From: an uncultured delta proteobacterium
GTDB taxonomy: Bacteria; Myxococcota; Myxococcia; Myxococcales; Myxococcaceae
Assembly (NCBI GenBank): GCA_963776345.1
Contig: CAVZMH010000015.1
Location: 320,001 to 384,000, forward strand
DNA: 64,000 nt
Direction: 5' to 3'
Shown here: positions 1 through 9,638 of the stretch, piece after piece
Layout: each line of letters opens with the position of its first letter
Position numbering within the stretch: the stretch's first letter is position 1
The notes under the pieces: model-generated
What the model saw: only the letters and a program-made list of their open reading frames with translations
The model's database searches: none
What the model was told of the DNA's origin: nothing
Translations under genes and position numbers: made by a program

Positions 1-141
1 GCGCTCGGCTCGGACCTCGCCGACATCACCTCGCATCCGGGCATCCCCACCGAGCGCAACGCCGGACGGCTCGGGTTCCGGCTCGCCTACGTCCGCGCGG
101 TCCTGGTGAGGCGCGGACCGGGACTCGTCCCCTCGCCATGA
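1..141 (+). CDS. 3' end of a probable GNAT acetyltransferase (partial, runs off the window edge)
   Basis: Frame 1 reads ALGSDLADITSHPGIPTERNAGRLGFRLAYVRA...SP*, resembling the GNAT C-terminal 'RN..R.GF...Y' motif. Confidence 0.5.
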   Translation, partial: ALGSDLADITSHPGIPTERNAGRLGFRLAYVRAVLVRRGPGLVPSP

Positions 142-145
142 CTGC

Positions 146-2431
146 TCAGGGGTTTTCGGCCGCCCAGCGGGCGCGGCGGGCCTCGAGCTCGGCGAGGAGC
201 TGCTCGTAGCCGGCGTTCCCGTGCAGGCTGGCCAGGCGGGGCTCGCGGCGGAAGGCGATGACGTTCGGGTAACCGAACTCCGCGGTCCTCCGCAACCATC
301 GCACCGCCTCGTCCGGCTGCCCCACCAGCGCGAACCCCATCGCCCGGTAGAAGGTGAAGTGGTGGTAGTAGCGGCGTCTCTCCTCGCCCTGGGTGGAGTA
401 GGAACGGAGCGCTCGCTCGGCATCGGCGGTGCGACCCTCCAGCGCGTCGATCAGGGCCCGGACCAGCACCTGCTGCTGCCCGAGATCCGCCTTCCGGAGC
501 TCGTCCCGGCCCGCCGGATCACCGAGCAGCGCCAGGGTGATGAAGCCACGGATCTCGGGAGGCGGTGAGAGCCGTCCACGCTGGGCCAGCAGCTCGGGAT
601 AGCGAGCGGCGAAGGCGTAGGCTTCCACCACCGCACCAAGCGCCCGCGTGCCGGCCGGGTCGCGGTCCAGAGCCGCCAGGGCCTCACGGACCGCCTGGTC
701 TGCGAGCCCGATGTGGGCGAACAGGCCGGCGGCCTCCAGTTGCCCCGCCTGGGGATCCAGCGCACGCGCTCGGCGCAGCGAGGCGAGCGCCCCGTCCACA
801 TCCCAGCCCCCCTGCTGGCTGAAGAACATCTCGGCCCGCACCACCTGCACCAGCGCCAGGGACGGCGCGAGGGCCTCTGCCCGCGCGAGGGCATCGCGTG
901 CCCGCTCGAAGTACAGGCGCTGGACATCGGGCTCGTAGCCCTCGTACAGGGCCTGCCGGACGTAGGCGTATCCCAGCTGAGCGTGGGCGAGCGCGTAACC
1001 GGGATCGAGCTCCGTGGCCTGGGCGAAGGCAGCGGGGGCCGCCGCCAGGTTCTCGCGGGCGAGCTCCCATCGCTCCGTGGCATACAGTCCCCTCAGGTAG
1101 GCGTCGTAGGCCTCCGGGTTCCGGGTTCCACCGAGGCCAACCTGCGCCCCTTCGGCCGTTCCCAGCCGCAGCTTCAACGCCGCCGCAACCTTCTGCGCCA
1201 CCTCGGTCTGGAGGTCCAGGACCGCCCTGGCGTCACGATCGTAGGTCTCTGCCCAGAGCTGCTCGTCGTTGCGGGCGTCGATCAGCTGGGTGGTGATCCG
1301 CACTCGACCGTCGGCCCGCCGCACGCTTCCCTCGAGCAGGACCGTCACCCCCAGCTCGGAGGCAATCTGTCGCGTGGGCTTGTCGGTGTTCCGGTAGGCC
1401 ATCGAGGAGGTCCGGGAGATCACCTTCAACCCCGGGACGCGCGCCAGCTGGGTCAGGATGTCCTCGGTGAGGCCATCGCAGAACCAGGCGTTGCCGGGGT
1501 TCCCGCCGAGGTTCGCCAGGGGCAGCACGGCCAGCGACCGGTGCCCGCCGCCGCCGGGCCGCATCGCCCGGGACACCACCACCCCCATCGCCGCCGCGAG
1601 CATCAGCGCGGCGACCGCGGCGGCCGTGCGGCGCCGGTCACCCCGCCGTCCGCCGAGCGCAGCCACCAGCTCGGTGGTGGACCCGTGCCGTCGCGCCGGG
1701 TCCGGGTCGAGCGACCGCTCGAGGGGACGCCGCCAGCGCGGGGGAATCCCGCTCGCCCCAGCGCCCGCGCCGGGACCGAGGACCATCTCCCGGGCCAAGA
1801 GGGCCAGCGCGTACACGTCGGTGCGGGACGACACCTCCTTGCCGGAGCGCTGCTCCGGAGCCATCACGTCCGGAGTCCCGACCACCGCACCTGCCTCGGT
1901 GAGCCGGTCGGCGCGGCCCCCCAGCGCGATCCCGAAGTCGGTGACCACCGCCCTCCGGCCGTGCTCGCCCCCTTCGACGAGCATCACGTTGCCCGGCTTC
2001 ACGTCGCGATGGACGATGCCGCTCCGGTGGATCGCCTCCAGCCCGGCGGCCACGTCGCGGAGGATGCCCAGCGCCTCTTCCGTGGGCAGAGGCCCAGTCC
2101 GCCGCAGACGTTCGGACAGGGTCTCGCCCTCCAGGAACTCCATGGTGAAGAACGCCACGTCCGGCGCTTCGAAGAACTCGAAGATCCGGCACACGTTCGG
2201 GTGGGTGACCCGTCGTGCCAGAACCACCTCGCGTCGGAGCCGGTCGAGCGCCGACGGATCTCCGGCAAGCTCGCGACGGATGGTCTTCAGCGCGACCGTC
2301 GTGCCGAGCGCGAGATCGCGAGCCTCGAAGACCTCGCCCATCCCTCCGGCACCAATCCGCCGGAGGAGCTTGAAGCGGCCGAGGAGCGTCCCGCCCGCGG
2401 AGAGCACGGTGTCCCCGAGCGGGCCGACCAC
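146..2431 (-). CDS. Hanks-type Ser/Thr protein kinase with TM segment, TolB-like domain and TPR repeats
   Basis: GAGGMGEV, VALK, HRDVKPGN, DFG and APE motifs; SLAVLPLANL...DGLTEDILTQL TolB-like segment; helical TPR C-terminus. Confidence 0.92.
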   Translation of the reverse strand: MVGPLGDTVLSAGGTLLGRFKLLRRIGAGGMGEVFEARDLALGTTVALKTIRRELAGDPSALDRLRREVVLARRVTHPNVCRIFEFFEAPDVAFFTMEFLEGETLSERLRRTGPLPTEEALGILRDVAAGLEAIHRSGIVHRDVKPGNVMLVEGGEHGRRAVVTDFGIALGGRADRLTEAGAVVGTPDVMAPEQRSGKEVSSRTDVYALALLAREMVLGPGAGAGASGIPPRWRRPLERSLDPDPARRHGSTTELVAALGGRRGDRRRTAAAVAALMLAAAMGVVVSRAMRPGGGGHRSLAVLPLANLGGNPGNAWFCDGLTEDILTQLARVPGLKVISRTSSMAYRNTDKPTRQIASELGVTVLLEGSVRRADGRVRITTQLIDARNDEQLWAETYDRDARAVLDLQTEVAQKVAAALKLRLGTAEGAQVGLGGTRNPEAYDAYLRGLYATERWELARENLAAAPAAFAQATELDPGYALAHAQLGYAYVRQALYEGYEPDVQRLYFERARDALARAEALAPSLALVQVVRAEMFFSQQGGWDVDGALASLRRARALDPQAGQLEAAGLFAHIGLADQAVREALAALDRDPAGTRALGAVVEAYAFAARYPELLAQRGRLSPPPEIRGFITLALLGDPAGRDELRKADLGQQQVLVRALIDALEGRTADAERALRSYSTQGEERRRYYHHFTFYRAMGFALVGQPDEAVRWLRRTAEFGYPNVIAFRREPRLASLHGNAGYEQLLAELEARRARWAAENP

Positions 2432-2454
2432 CGACGCGGTATGGCGTTCCTCCG

Positions 2455-2731
2455 TCAGCTGGCCCTCGCCGCGCGCCGGGCACCACGGGCACGGGCCTTC
2501 TCCCGTTCACCCTCCCGGGTGCTTATCGCCGTGCGCGCCGCGAGCGAGCCCAGCAGGTGCTCCGTCGCATGGGCGATCTCGTGCACCGCCCGCTCGAACG
2601 CCGCGCGGTCGGCCGCCGAGGGTGACGCGGAGCCCGCTCACCTTGCGCACGTACTGCAGCGCCGCCGCCTCGACCTCTTCCGGCGTGGTCGGCGGCTCGA
2701 AGTTGTAGAGGACCCGGATGTTGCGGCACAT
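2455..2731 (-). CDS. DUF2277 family protein (one frameshift near 2625-2635)
   Basis: MCRNIRVLYNFEPPTTPEEVEAAALQYVRKVSG continues after a 1-nt shift as SPSAADRAAFERAVHEIAHATEHLL...REKARAR...AS*. Confidence 0.8.
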
Positions 2732-2782
2732 GGGGCGCATGCTCCTCGCCCCGGGCCCGCCGGAGCAAGTCGGGGGTGGCCG

Positions 2783-3676
2783 TCAGCGGCGCGGCGGCGT
2801 GCTCCGAAAGCCCCCTGGCGCGGTCGTGCGGCTCAGAGGGTCGGGAGCCCACGGCCCCGGCCGGAGCGGGAACGCCTCCTCGATCCGGGCGACCTCCTCC
2901 GGGCTCAGGCGGAGCCCGGCGGCCGCGGCGTTGTCCCGCACCCGCTCCACCTTCGCCGACTTGGGGATGGCGAACAGGTGCGGATCGCGGATGAGGAACG
3001 CGAGCGCCACCTGGTGCGGCGTGGCGCCGTGCGCCCGGGCGACCTCGGCGAGCACCTTGCCTCCGCGCGACGCCGTCGCGGGGAAGTCGCCCGAGCCGAA
3101 CGGGCTGTACCCCACCACCGCCACCTCGTGCTCCACGCACCAGGGGACGACGCGGTCCTCGATGTCGCGCGCGCGCAGGTGGTACAGCACCTGGTTGCAG
3201 GCGATGCGCCTCGGGCCGGCGATGCGCAGGGCCTCCTCGAGGTCGTCGAGGTCGAAGTTGCTCACGCCCCAGCTGCGGATCTTCCCCTCCCGGACCAGCT
3301 GCTCGAAGGCGGCGACGGTCTCCTCCAGCGGATGCGGCCCGGGCCAGTGGAGCAGGTAGCAGTCCAGGTGGTCCGTCCCCAGCCGCCGGAGGCTCGCCTC
3401 GCAGGCCCCCACCGTCCCGCTCCGGCTCGCGTGGTCGGGCATCACCTTGGAGACCAGGAACACCTGGTCCCGGCGCCCGGCGATGGCGCGGGCGACCAGC
3501 GACTCGACCCGGCCGCCGCCGTAGAGCTCGGCGGTGTCCACGTGGGTCATCCCCGCGTCGAGCCCCGCCTGGAGCGCCGCGATCGCCTCGAGGGGCGCGT
3601 CGCCCTCCATCTTCCAGGTGCCCTGTCCAACCACCGGGACCTCGCTCCCGGCCCAGCCGAACCTGCGCCTCTCCAT
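2783..3676 (-). CDS. Aldo/keto reductase
   Basis: GQGTW, DTAELYG, LVSKV, DCYLLHWP, GVSNF, NQVLY, YSPFG and IPKS motifs; ATG at 3676 after GGAGG. Confidence 0.93.
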   Translation of the reverse strand: MERRRFGWAGSEVPVVGQGTWKMEGDAPLEAIAALQAGLDAGMTHVDTAELYGGGRVESLVARAIAGRRDQVFLVSKVMPDHASRSGTVGACEASLRRLGTDHLDCYLLHWPGPHPLEETVAAFEQLVREGKIRSWGVSNFDLDDLEEALRIAGPRRIACNQVLYHLRARDIEDRVVPWCVEHEVAVVGYSPFGSGDFPATASRGGKVLAEVARAHGATPHQVALAFLIRDPHLFAIPKSAKVERVRDNAAAAGLRLSPEEVARIEEAFPLRPGPWAPDPLSRTTAPGGFRSTPPRR

Positions 3677-3735
3677 CGATCTGCCTCCAGCCTCCCGCGA
3701 CACTGACCCGGCGCCTGCACCGCGGCAAGCGCGAC

Positions 3736-4494
3736 TCAGGAGCGAAGCGCGTCGACCGAGAGCTTGACCACCAGCGCGGCCACCACGCACAGCACCACCC
3801 ACCTGACGATGCGCTCGCCGCCCCTCACGGTGAGGTGCGCCCCGATCCAGCCACCCAGCAGCTGACCCGCAGCCATGGGCAGCGCGGTGTGCCACACCAC
3901 CGTCCCGCGAGCGGCGAAGAGCAGCGCGGCTGCCAGGTTGCTCGCGAAGTTGATGACCTTCGCCTCCGCCGAGGCCTGCCGGAGCGGAAGGCCAATGAGG
4001 CCGGCCAGGCCCACGATGAGCAGCGTCCCGGTCCCCGGGCCGAAGAAGCCGTCGTAGGCGCCGACTCCGAGGGCGAGGGCCGCGGCCGGAGCCACCGCCG
4101 GGCTCGGCTCCCGGCCGCCGGGCACTCCCGGACGGAGCACCACGAACACCGCCGCGGCCACCAGCAGCACCAGCACCACCGGCCGGAGCAGCTCGGGGCG
4201 CACCCAGAGCACCAGACGCGCTCCCACCAGCGAACCGAGGAAGCCGAGCGGGAAGGTCCACCGCGCCCGGGCGAGCGGGACGAGGCCTGCCCGGGAGAAG
4301 CGAGCCAGGGCCGCGGCGGCCCCGAAGACCGACTGACCCTTGTTGGTCCCCAGCGCCAGGTGCGGCGGCAACCCCGCTGCGAGAAGCACCGGAAGGGTGA
4401 CCAGCCCTCCCCCACCGCCGATGGCGTCGACCGTCCCCGCGATCAGGGCCACCAGCGCCAGGAGGCCGTCCGTTCCGCTAACGTCGCCCAGCAA
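3736..4494 (-). CDS. TSUP (TauE/SafE) family membrane transporter
   Basis: AGTVDAIGGGGGLV, ALGTNK and YDGFFGPGTG motifs; multi-TM; start uncertain (TTG at 4494 chosen). Confidence 0.88.
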   Translation of the reverse strand: MLGDVSGTDGLLALVALIAGTVDAIGGGGGLVTLPVLLAAGLPPHLALGTNKGQSVFGAAAALARFSRAGLVPLARARWTFPLGFLGSLVGARLVLWVRPELLRPVVLVLLVAAAVFVVLRPGVPGGREPSPAVAPAAALALGVGAYDGFFGPGTGTLLIVGLAGLIGLPLRQASAEAKVINFASNLAAALLFAARGTVVWHTALPMAAGQLLGGWIGAHLTVRGGERIVRWVVLCVVAALVVKLSVDALRS

Positions 4495-5630
4495 TGGCCA
4501 CCCCCGTCTCCGACGACGTCCGCAAGGCACTGGGCAGCAAGGACCCGTATGCGCTGGCCACGTCGGCGAGCAAGGAACAGCTGGACGCGCTCCGCAGCGC
4601 CGTGGACCTGATCGAGGCGGACCGCAGGCGGCTCCAGTCCACCAACCGCTTCGCCGTCGCCGCGCAGGTTCTGGTGGGCTGGGTGGCCATCCTCGGGTTC
4701 CTGGTGAACGCCTACCAGAGCTGGAGCAACAAGCAGCAGGCGGAACACCAGTCCCAGGTCGACCAGGACCGGTGGGCCAAGGAGTTCGAGCGCGCCCGTC
4801 AGGCGGACAAGTACCGCGCCTTCTTCGAGACCACCGTGCTGGCCACCGACGCCGCCAATGCCGACAAGCGGCTCGTCGGGTACGCGCTGCTCCAGGAGTT
4901 CGTGAGCGACAACGAGTACACCAACAAGGCCATGCTGATGCTCGAGGAGTCGCTGGCCCAGGAGCTCCGGAGCAACACCGGCCAGGGGATCGACGAGGCG
5001 CACCGGAACGCGGTGGTGGCGATCGTGACCGCCCTCTCGGAGACGAAGGACTGCGGCGCGCTCGCCCGCGCGGCCCGGAGCATCGACCGGTTGGCGCAGC
5101 GACACAGCCGGTACGGCGACCTTGAGGAGACCGGCGAGGTCTTCGGGGTCTACGTGCGTCGGCTGGTCGGCCAGGCCGCGGAAGTGTGCAAGACGATGGC
5201 GGACTTCCGGGCCGTGCGCCGGCCCCTCAGGGACACGCTGGTCAAGGCCCCGCTGATCGTCGGACTCAAATTCCCGACGACGTCCGAGGCCGCGAACACC
5301 CGCATTGCCGAGATCCTTCGCGACCGGTGCCTGGCGGACGTCGCGGTGAGCGGTGCGACCGACTGCCCGGAGATCTTCGCCGGGTACGCCGCGCTCTGCG
5401 ATCAGCCGGAGGTCCCTCCGAAGGAAGTCGCTGGCGCCGCCCCGGTGAAGGGCAAGGCCGACGCGGGGACCGCCCAGCAGGTGCGCGCCGACGCCGCCCA
5501 GGACCTGGCGACGATCAAGGCGCGGCTCGAGGCCAACCGCCAGGCCGACTCGGGCGGCTGCGCGATCATGAAGGAGGTCGCGGCACGCTACCCGCCACCC
5601 GCCGCGGGTCCGTCAGGCTCCGCGAAGTGA
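4494..5630 (+). CDS. Hypothetical single-pass membrane protein (coiled coil, TM, Cys-containing helical domain)
   Basis: 378-aa ORF with strong GC3 codon bias; TM AVAAQVLVGWVAILGFLV; six Cys in the C-terminal part. Confidence 0.8.
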   Translation: MATPVSDDVRKALGSKDPYALATSASKEQLDALRSAVDLIEADRRRLQSTNRFAVAAQVLVGWVAILGFLVNAYQSWSNKQQAEHQSQVDQDRWAKEFERARQADKYRAFFETTVLATDAANADKRLVGYALLQEFVSDNEYTNKAMLMLEESLAQELRSNTGQGIDEAHRNAVVAIVTALSETKDCGALARAARSIDRLAQRHSRYGDLEETGEVFGVYVRRLVGQAAEVCKTMADFRAVRRPLRDTLVKAPLIVGLKFPTTSEAANTRIAEILRDRCLADVAVSGATDCPEIFAGYAALCDQPEVPPKEVAGAAPVKGKADAGTAQQVRADAAQDLATIKARLEANRQADSGGCAIMKEVAARYPPPAAGPSGSAK

Positions 5631-5726
5631 CGCCCGGGCGTTGAGCGGACCCACACCATCGTGTCCCGCGTGCGACCGCGGCGCGCTTGAGCCCGGGCAC
5701 CGGGTTCGCCGAGGCTGGAGCCCTCG

Positions 5727-6777
5727 ATGTCCCCCCCGCCGCCGCAGCTCGAGCTCTTCGCCCCCGCTCCAGGGGTCGCCGCCGAGCCCGAGCGTCCTCC
5801 CGAGCCGCCGGCGCCCGCCCCCGTCTCCGAGGAGCTGCGCGAGCTCGGAGCGCGGCTGCCGCGGGACGTCCGCCTCGGGACCAGCTCCTGGTCGTTCCCC
5901 GGGTGGACCGGCCTGGTCTACGCCCGCGAGGCCTCCGGGGAGCTCCTCGCGCGCGAGGGGCTCCCGGCCTACGCGCGGCATCCGCTCTTCCGGACCGTGG
6001 GCGTCGACCGGACCTTCTACGGACCGCGTCCCCGTCGAGACCTTCCAGGCGTGGGCGCAGTCCGTCCCGGACGACTTCCGGTTCCTGGTGAAGGCGCACG
6101 AGGCGCTCACCCTTCCTCGCTTCCCGCTCCACGAGCGCTACGGCACCCGGCGCGGCGAGGAGAACCCGACCTTCCTCGACCCGGCGTACGCGCGCGACGC
6201 CGTCGTCGCTTCGTTCGTGGAGGGGCTGGGCGCGAAGGCGGGCCCGCTGGTCTTCCAGTTCCCACCGCAGGACGTCCAGGCGCTCGGGGGCCCCTCGGCG
6301 TTCGCCGACCGGCTGCACGCCTTCCTCGCCGCGCTGCCGCCGGGTCCGCTCTACGCGGTCGAGCTCCGGAACCGGGAGCTGGTCACCACTGACGTGGCCG
6401 ACGTGCTGGAGGACGTGGGCGCCATCCCGGTCCTCTCGGTGTGGGGGCACCTGCCGCCACTCCCGCAGCAGGCGTGGCGGCTCCGGGCGCGGGCGGCGAG
6501 CGCGCTGGTGGTGCGGTGGATGCTCCCGCCCGACCTCGGCTACGAGGAGGCCCGCGAGCTCTACGCGCCGTTCGACCGGCTGGTGAACGAGAACCCCGCC
6601 GTCCGCGGCGACATCGCCGTGCTCGTGGTCGAGGCGCTGGCCGAGGGCCGCCCGGTCTACGTCACCGTCAACAACAAGGCCGAGGGCAGCGCGCCGGTGA
6701 GCGTCGAGCGCCTCGCGGCGGCGGTGGTGGCCCGGCTCAGTCCTCCGCCCTCTCCGGGAAGCGCCGGCCGAACATGA
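5727..6777 (+). CDS. DUF72 family protein (one frameshift near 6027)
   Basis: VRLGTSSWSFPGW...VDRTFYGP joins VPVETF...FRFLVKA...LVFQFPP...AVELR...YVTVNNKAEGSAP after removing one base. Confidence 0.87.
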
Positions 6778-7216
6778 CCCAGGCCACCATGCTGAACACC
6801 GGCTCGCCCGCGCCGTTCACCAGGACGTAGGCGAGCTTCACGCTCCCGCGGTCCGGCTTGCTCCGGGACGGACGCGCCTCGAGGACCTCCACGGTGAGGG
6901 TGAGCGGATCGTCCGGACGGACCGGCTTGAGCCAGCGGAGCTCCTCCAGCCCGGGCGAGCCCATGCTGGTGCTGCCCTCGAGCAAACCGTCCACCGCGAT
7001 GCGCATGGAGAGGCAGGCCGTGTGCCAGCCGCTCGCGACGAGCCCCCCGAAGTGAGTCTTGCGGGCAGCCTCCTCGTCGAGGTGGAACGGCTGCGGATCC
7101 CACTCCCTGGCGAAGCGGACGATGTCCTCGCGGCTCAACATGCGCGGGGGGAAGCTCAGACGCCGTCCCGGCACGAGATCCTCGTAGGCCAGTCCACGAT
7201 CCGCTCCCTCGCTCAT
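6737..7216 (-). CDS. MaoC family dehydratase
   Basis: FAREWDPQPFHLD, GGLVASGWHTA and LRWLKPVRPDD motifs. Confidence 0.9.
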   Translation of the reverse strand: MSEGADRGLAYEDLVPGRRLSFPPRMLSREDIVRFAREWDPQPFHLDEEAARKTHFGGLVASGWHTACLSMRIAVDGLLEGSTSMGSPGLEELRWLKPVRPDDPLTLTVEVLEARPSRSKPDRGSVKLAYVLVNGAGEPVFSMVAWVMFGRRFPERAED

Positions 7217-7298
7217 CGACGTGCTCCTTGGTGTGTGCGCGGCCCTCGTCTAGCGTGCCGGGCCGTTCCGCGCCTGCTTCCCGGGAGGAAACGTCTCC

Positions 7299-8189
7299 AT
7301 GTCGTCGCCGCATCGTCCCATGCTCGGCATCGTCGGTGGCACCGGAATGGCGGAGGCGCTGGGCTCGCTGGGGAGCGGCGAGCAGCACCGGGTGGACACG
7401 CCGTTCGGGCCTCCCTCGTCGCCCATCACCGTGGTGGAGCTCGGGGGCGCGCCCGTCGCCCTGCTCCCGCGCCACGGCGAGGGGCACCGCTTTCCGCCGG
7501 GCCACGTTCCGTACCGGGCGAACGTCTTCGCGCTCAAGGCGGTGGGGGTCACCCACGTCCTGGCGACCTCCGCGGTGGGGTCGCTGCGCGAGGAGATCCG
7601 CCCCGGCGAGCTGGTCGTCCCGGACCAGGTCATCGACCGCACCTTCCGCCGGGAGCCGACCTTCTTCGACGAGCTCGCCGTGCACGTGGAGTTCGCCCAG
7701 CCGTTCTGCGCGTCGCTGCGAAAGGTCCTGCTCGGCGCGAGGTCGGAGGTCCGGGTGCACGACGGCGGCACCTACGTGTGCATGGAGGGGCCGCAGTTCT
7801 CGACCCGGGCAGAGAGCGACCTGCATCGCTCCTGGGGCGCGCACCTCATCGGCATGACCCTGATGCCCGAGGCCAAGCTCGCCCGCGAGGCCGAGCTCTG
7901 CTACGCGGCGGTGAACCTGGTCACCGACCACGACTGCTGGCGCCCCCACCCGGCGGACCTGGGGGCGCAGGAGCTGCTCGAGGAGATCATCGGGAACATC
8001 CGGACCACCACCGCCGCCGCGCTGGGCCTCATCCGATCGGCGCTGCCGGCCGTCCAGTCCCTGGCGGCAAGCGGGTGCGGCTGCCAGGAGTCGCTGGAGC
8101 GGGCGATCTTCACCGCCGGCACGCAGATCCACGAGGGGACCCGCCAGCGGCTGGACCTGCTCCTCCGGCGGGCGCTCCGCAGCCGCTGA
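7299..8189 (+). CDS. mtnP: S-methyl-5'-thioadenosine phosphorylase
   Basis: GIVGGTG, PRHG, YRAN, SAVGSL, EGPQFSTRAES, GMT..PEAKLARE and VTDHDCW motifs. Confidence 0.92.
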   Translation: MSSPHRPMLGIVGGTGMAEALGSLGSGEQHRVDTPFGPPSSPITVVELGGAPVALLPRHGEGHRFPPGHVPYRANVFALKAVGVTHVLATSAVGSLREEIRPGELVVPDQVIDRTFRREPTFFDELAVHVEFAQPFCASLRKVLLGARSEVRVHDGGTYVCMEGPQFSTRAESDLHRSWGAHLIGMTLMPEAKLAREAELCYAAVNLVTDHDCWRPHPADLGAQELLEEIIGNIRTTTAAALGLIRSALPAVQSLAASGCGCQESLERAIFTAGTQIHEGTRQRLDLLLRRALRSR

Positions 8190-8296
8190 GCCTCATCGAC
8201 CCGGCGCAGCGGCGCCGGTCCGCAGGCGTCCCCCTGGTTCGGGGGGCTGAGCCTCATCGACCCGGCGCAGCGGCGCCGGTCCGCAGGCGGCCCCCT
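8185..8296. repeat. Two-copy 51-bp direct repeat (period 61) with internal hairpin between convergent genes
   Basis: GCTGAGCCTCATCGACCCGGCGCAGCGGCGCCGGTCCGCAGGCG(T/G)CCCCCT at 8185-8235 and 8246-8296, one mismatch. Confidence 0.9.
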
Positions 8297-9519
8297 CACT
8301 CGTGCCGGAGGGCCTCGACCGGGTCGAGCTGGGCGGCGCGGGCGGCGGGCCAGATCCCGAAGACCAGTCCGACCGCCGCCGCGAAGCCGATCCCGCCGGC
8401 GATGGTGGCCGGCTGCACTGCGGCGGCGAGCGGCGTGGCCATCGAGACCACCTTCGCCAGCCCGAGGCCGAGGAGCGTGCCCAGCGTCCCGCCGATGGCC
8501 GACACCCCGGCCGCCTCGAGGAGGAACTGCACCACGATGGTGCGCCGGCGAGCCCCGAGCGCGCGCCGGACGCCGATCTCGCGCGTTCGCTCCCGGACCG
8601 ACACCAGCATCACGTTCATGATGCCGATGCCTCCCACGAGGAGCGTGATCAGGCCCACGCCGAGCGCCACGCCGTACAGCGCGCCGGTGAGCTCGGCGTA
8701 GGTGTTGGCCAGCTGCTCGGGGCGGTTGATGCTGAAGTCGCTCTCCTTCTCCGGGGCGATGCTCCGCGCGCGGCGGAGCGCGATCTCCACCGCATCCTGC
8801 GTCTGGAGGACGTCCGTCCCGGGCGCGGCAGCAATGCCGATGGTGAGCTGCCGCTTGCTCCCGAACGCGCTGAGGAACGTCTTCAGCGGAACCTGCACCG
8901 CCAGGTCCTGGTTCTGCCCCAGCAGCTTCCCCTTCCGCGCGAGCACGCCGATGACGCGGAAGGGGCGGCTGCCGATCCGGATGCTCTGGCCGATGGGATT
9001 GGAGGTGGGGAAGAGCCCGTCCGCCACGTCCGCGCCCAGCACGGTGACCGAGCTCGAGTTGTCATTCTCCGGCCCGCTGAGGAACCGGCCCGAGGTGACC
9101 TCCCAGCCGGCGACCGCAGGGAAGTCGGCGGTGGTGCCCTGCACCCGGACGTTGGCCAGGACGAGATTGGAGAACTTCACCTCGTCAGTCTTGAAGGTCA
9201 TCGGGGCGACGGCCGCGACCTCCGGTAGCTCCCGGAGCTGCTCGGCCAGCGGCGGCGTGAGCTCGCGCCGGTTGCGGTACTTGAAGAAGTCCCCGCGGAT
9301 GATCCAAGGGAACTTGGTGACGTACATCGAGTTCGCGCCCAGGCTCGACAGCTGCTGAGCGAAGGACACGTTCAGCCCCTGGATGATGCCCACGATCGCC
9401 AGCAGGGTGCAGACGCCGATCCCGATGCCGACGGTGGTCAGCAGCGTCCGCAGGCGATTTGCCCGGAGCGCGAGGACGGCGATCTTCCCGCCCTCCACCA
9501 CGTCGATGCGCATCCCCAT
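8296..9519 (-). CDS. MacB/FtsX-type ABC transporter permease
   Basis: LRTLLTTVGIGIG N-terminal TM; GGIGIMNVMLVSVRERTREIGVRRALGA; PAARAAQLDPVEALR. Confidence 0.93.
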   Translation of the reverse strand: MGMRIDVVEGGKIAVLALRANRLRTLLTTVGIGIGVCTLLAIVGIIQGLNVSFAQQLSSLGANSMYVTKFPWIIRGDFFKYRNRRELTPPLAEQLRELPEVAAVAPMTFKTDEVKFSNLVLANVRVQGTTADFPAVAGWEVTSGRFLSGPENDNSSSVTVLGADVADGLFPTSNPIGQSIRIGSRPFRVIGVLARKGKLLGQNQDLAVQVPLKTFLSAFGSKRQLTIGIAAAPGTDVLQTQDAVEIALRRARSIAPEKESDFSINRPEQLANTYAELTGALYGVALGVGLITLLVGGIGIMNVMLVSVRERTREIGVRRALGARRRTIVVQFLLEAAGVSAIGGTLGTLLGLGLAKVVSMATPLAAAVQPATIAGGIGFAAAVGLVFGIWPAARAAQLDPVEALRHE

Positions 9520-9638
9520 GCCGGTCGATGGTCCTCCGCTGACGAGCATGACGCCGCTCGGGCCGGTCGATTGCCTCTCCGGGCGCCGCTGGCCGCCTGC
9601 TCCGGCCTGCTGGCTGCAGGCCCAGCCCGCGGCCGGCA

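Noticed and set aside
713..3706. 997-aa plus-strand ORF, and similar long ORFs such as 51738-55292 + and 59942-62611 -
   Set aside because: Antisense shadows of well-supported genes; stop-poor frames are expected at this GC content and they show no motifs
8185..8296. Possible mini CRISPR array
   Set aside because: Only two 51-bp units with a 10-bp gap; no leader or cas genes
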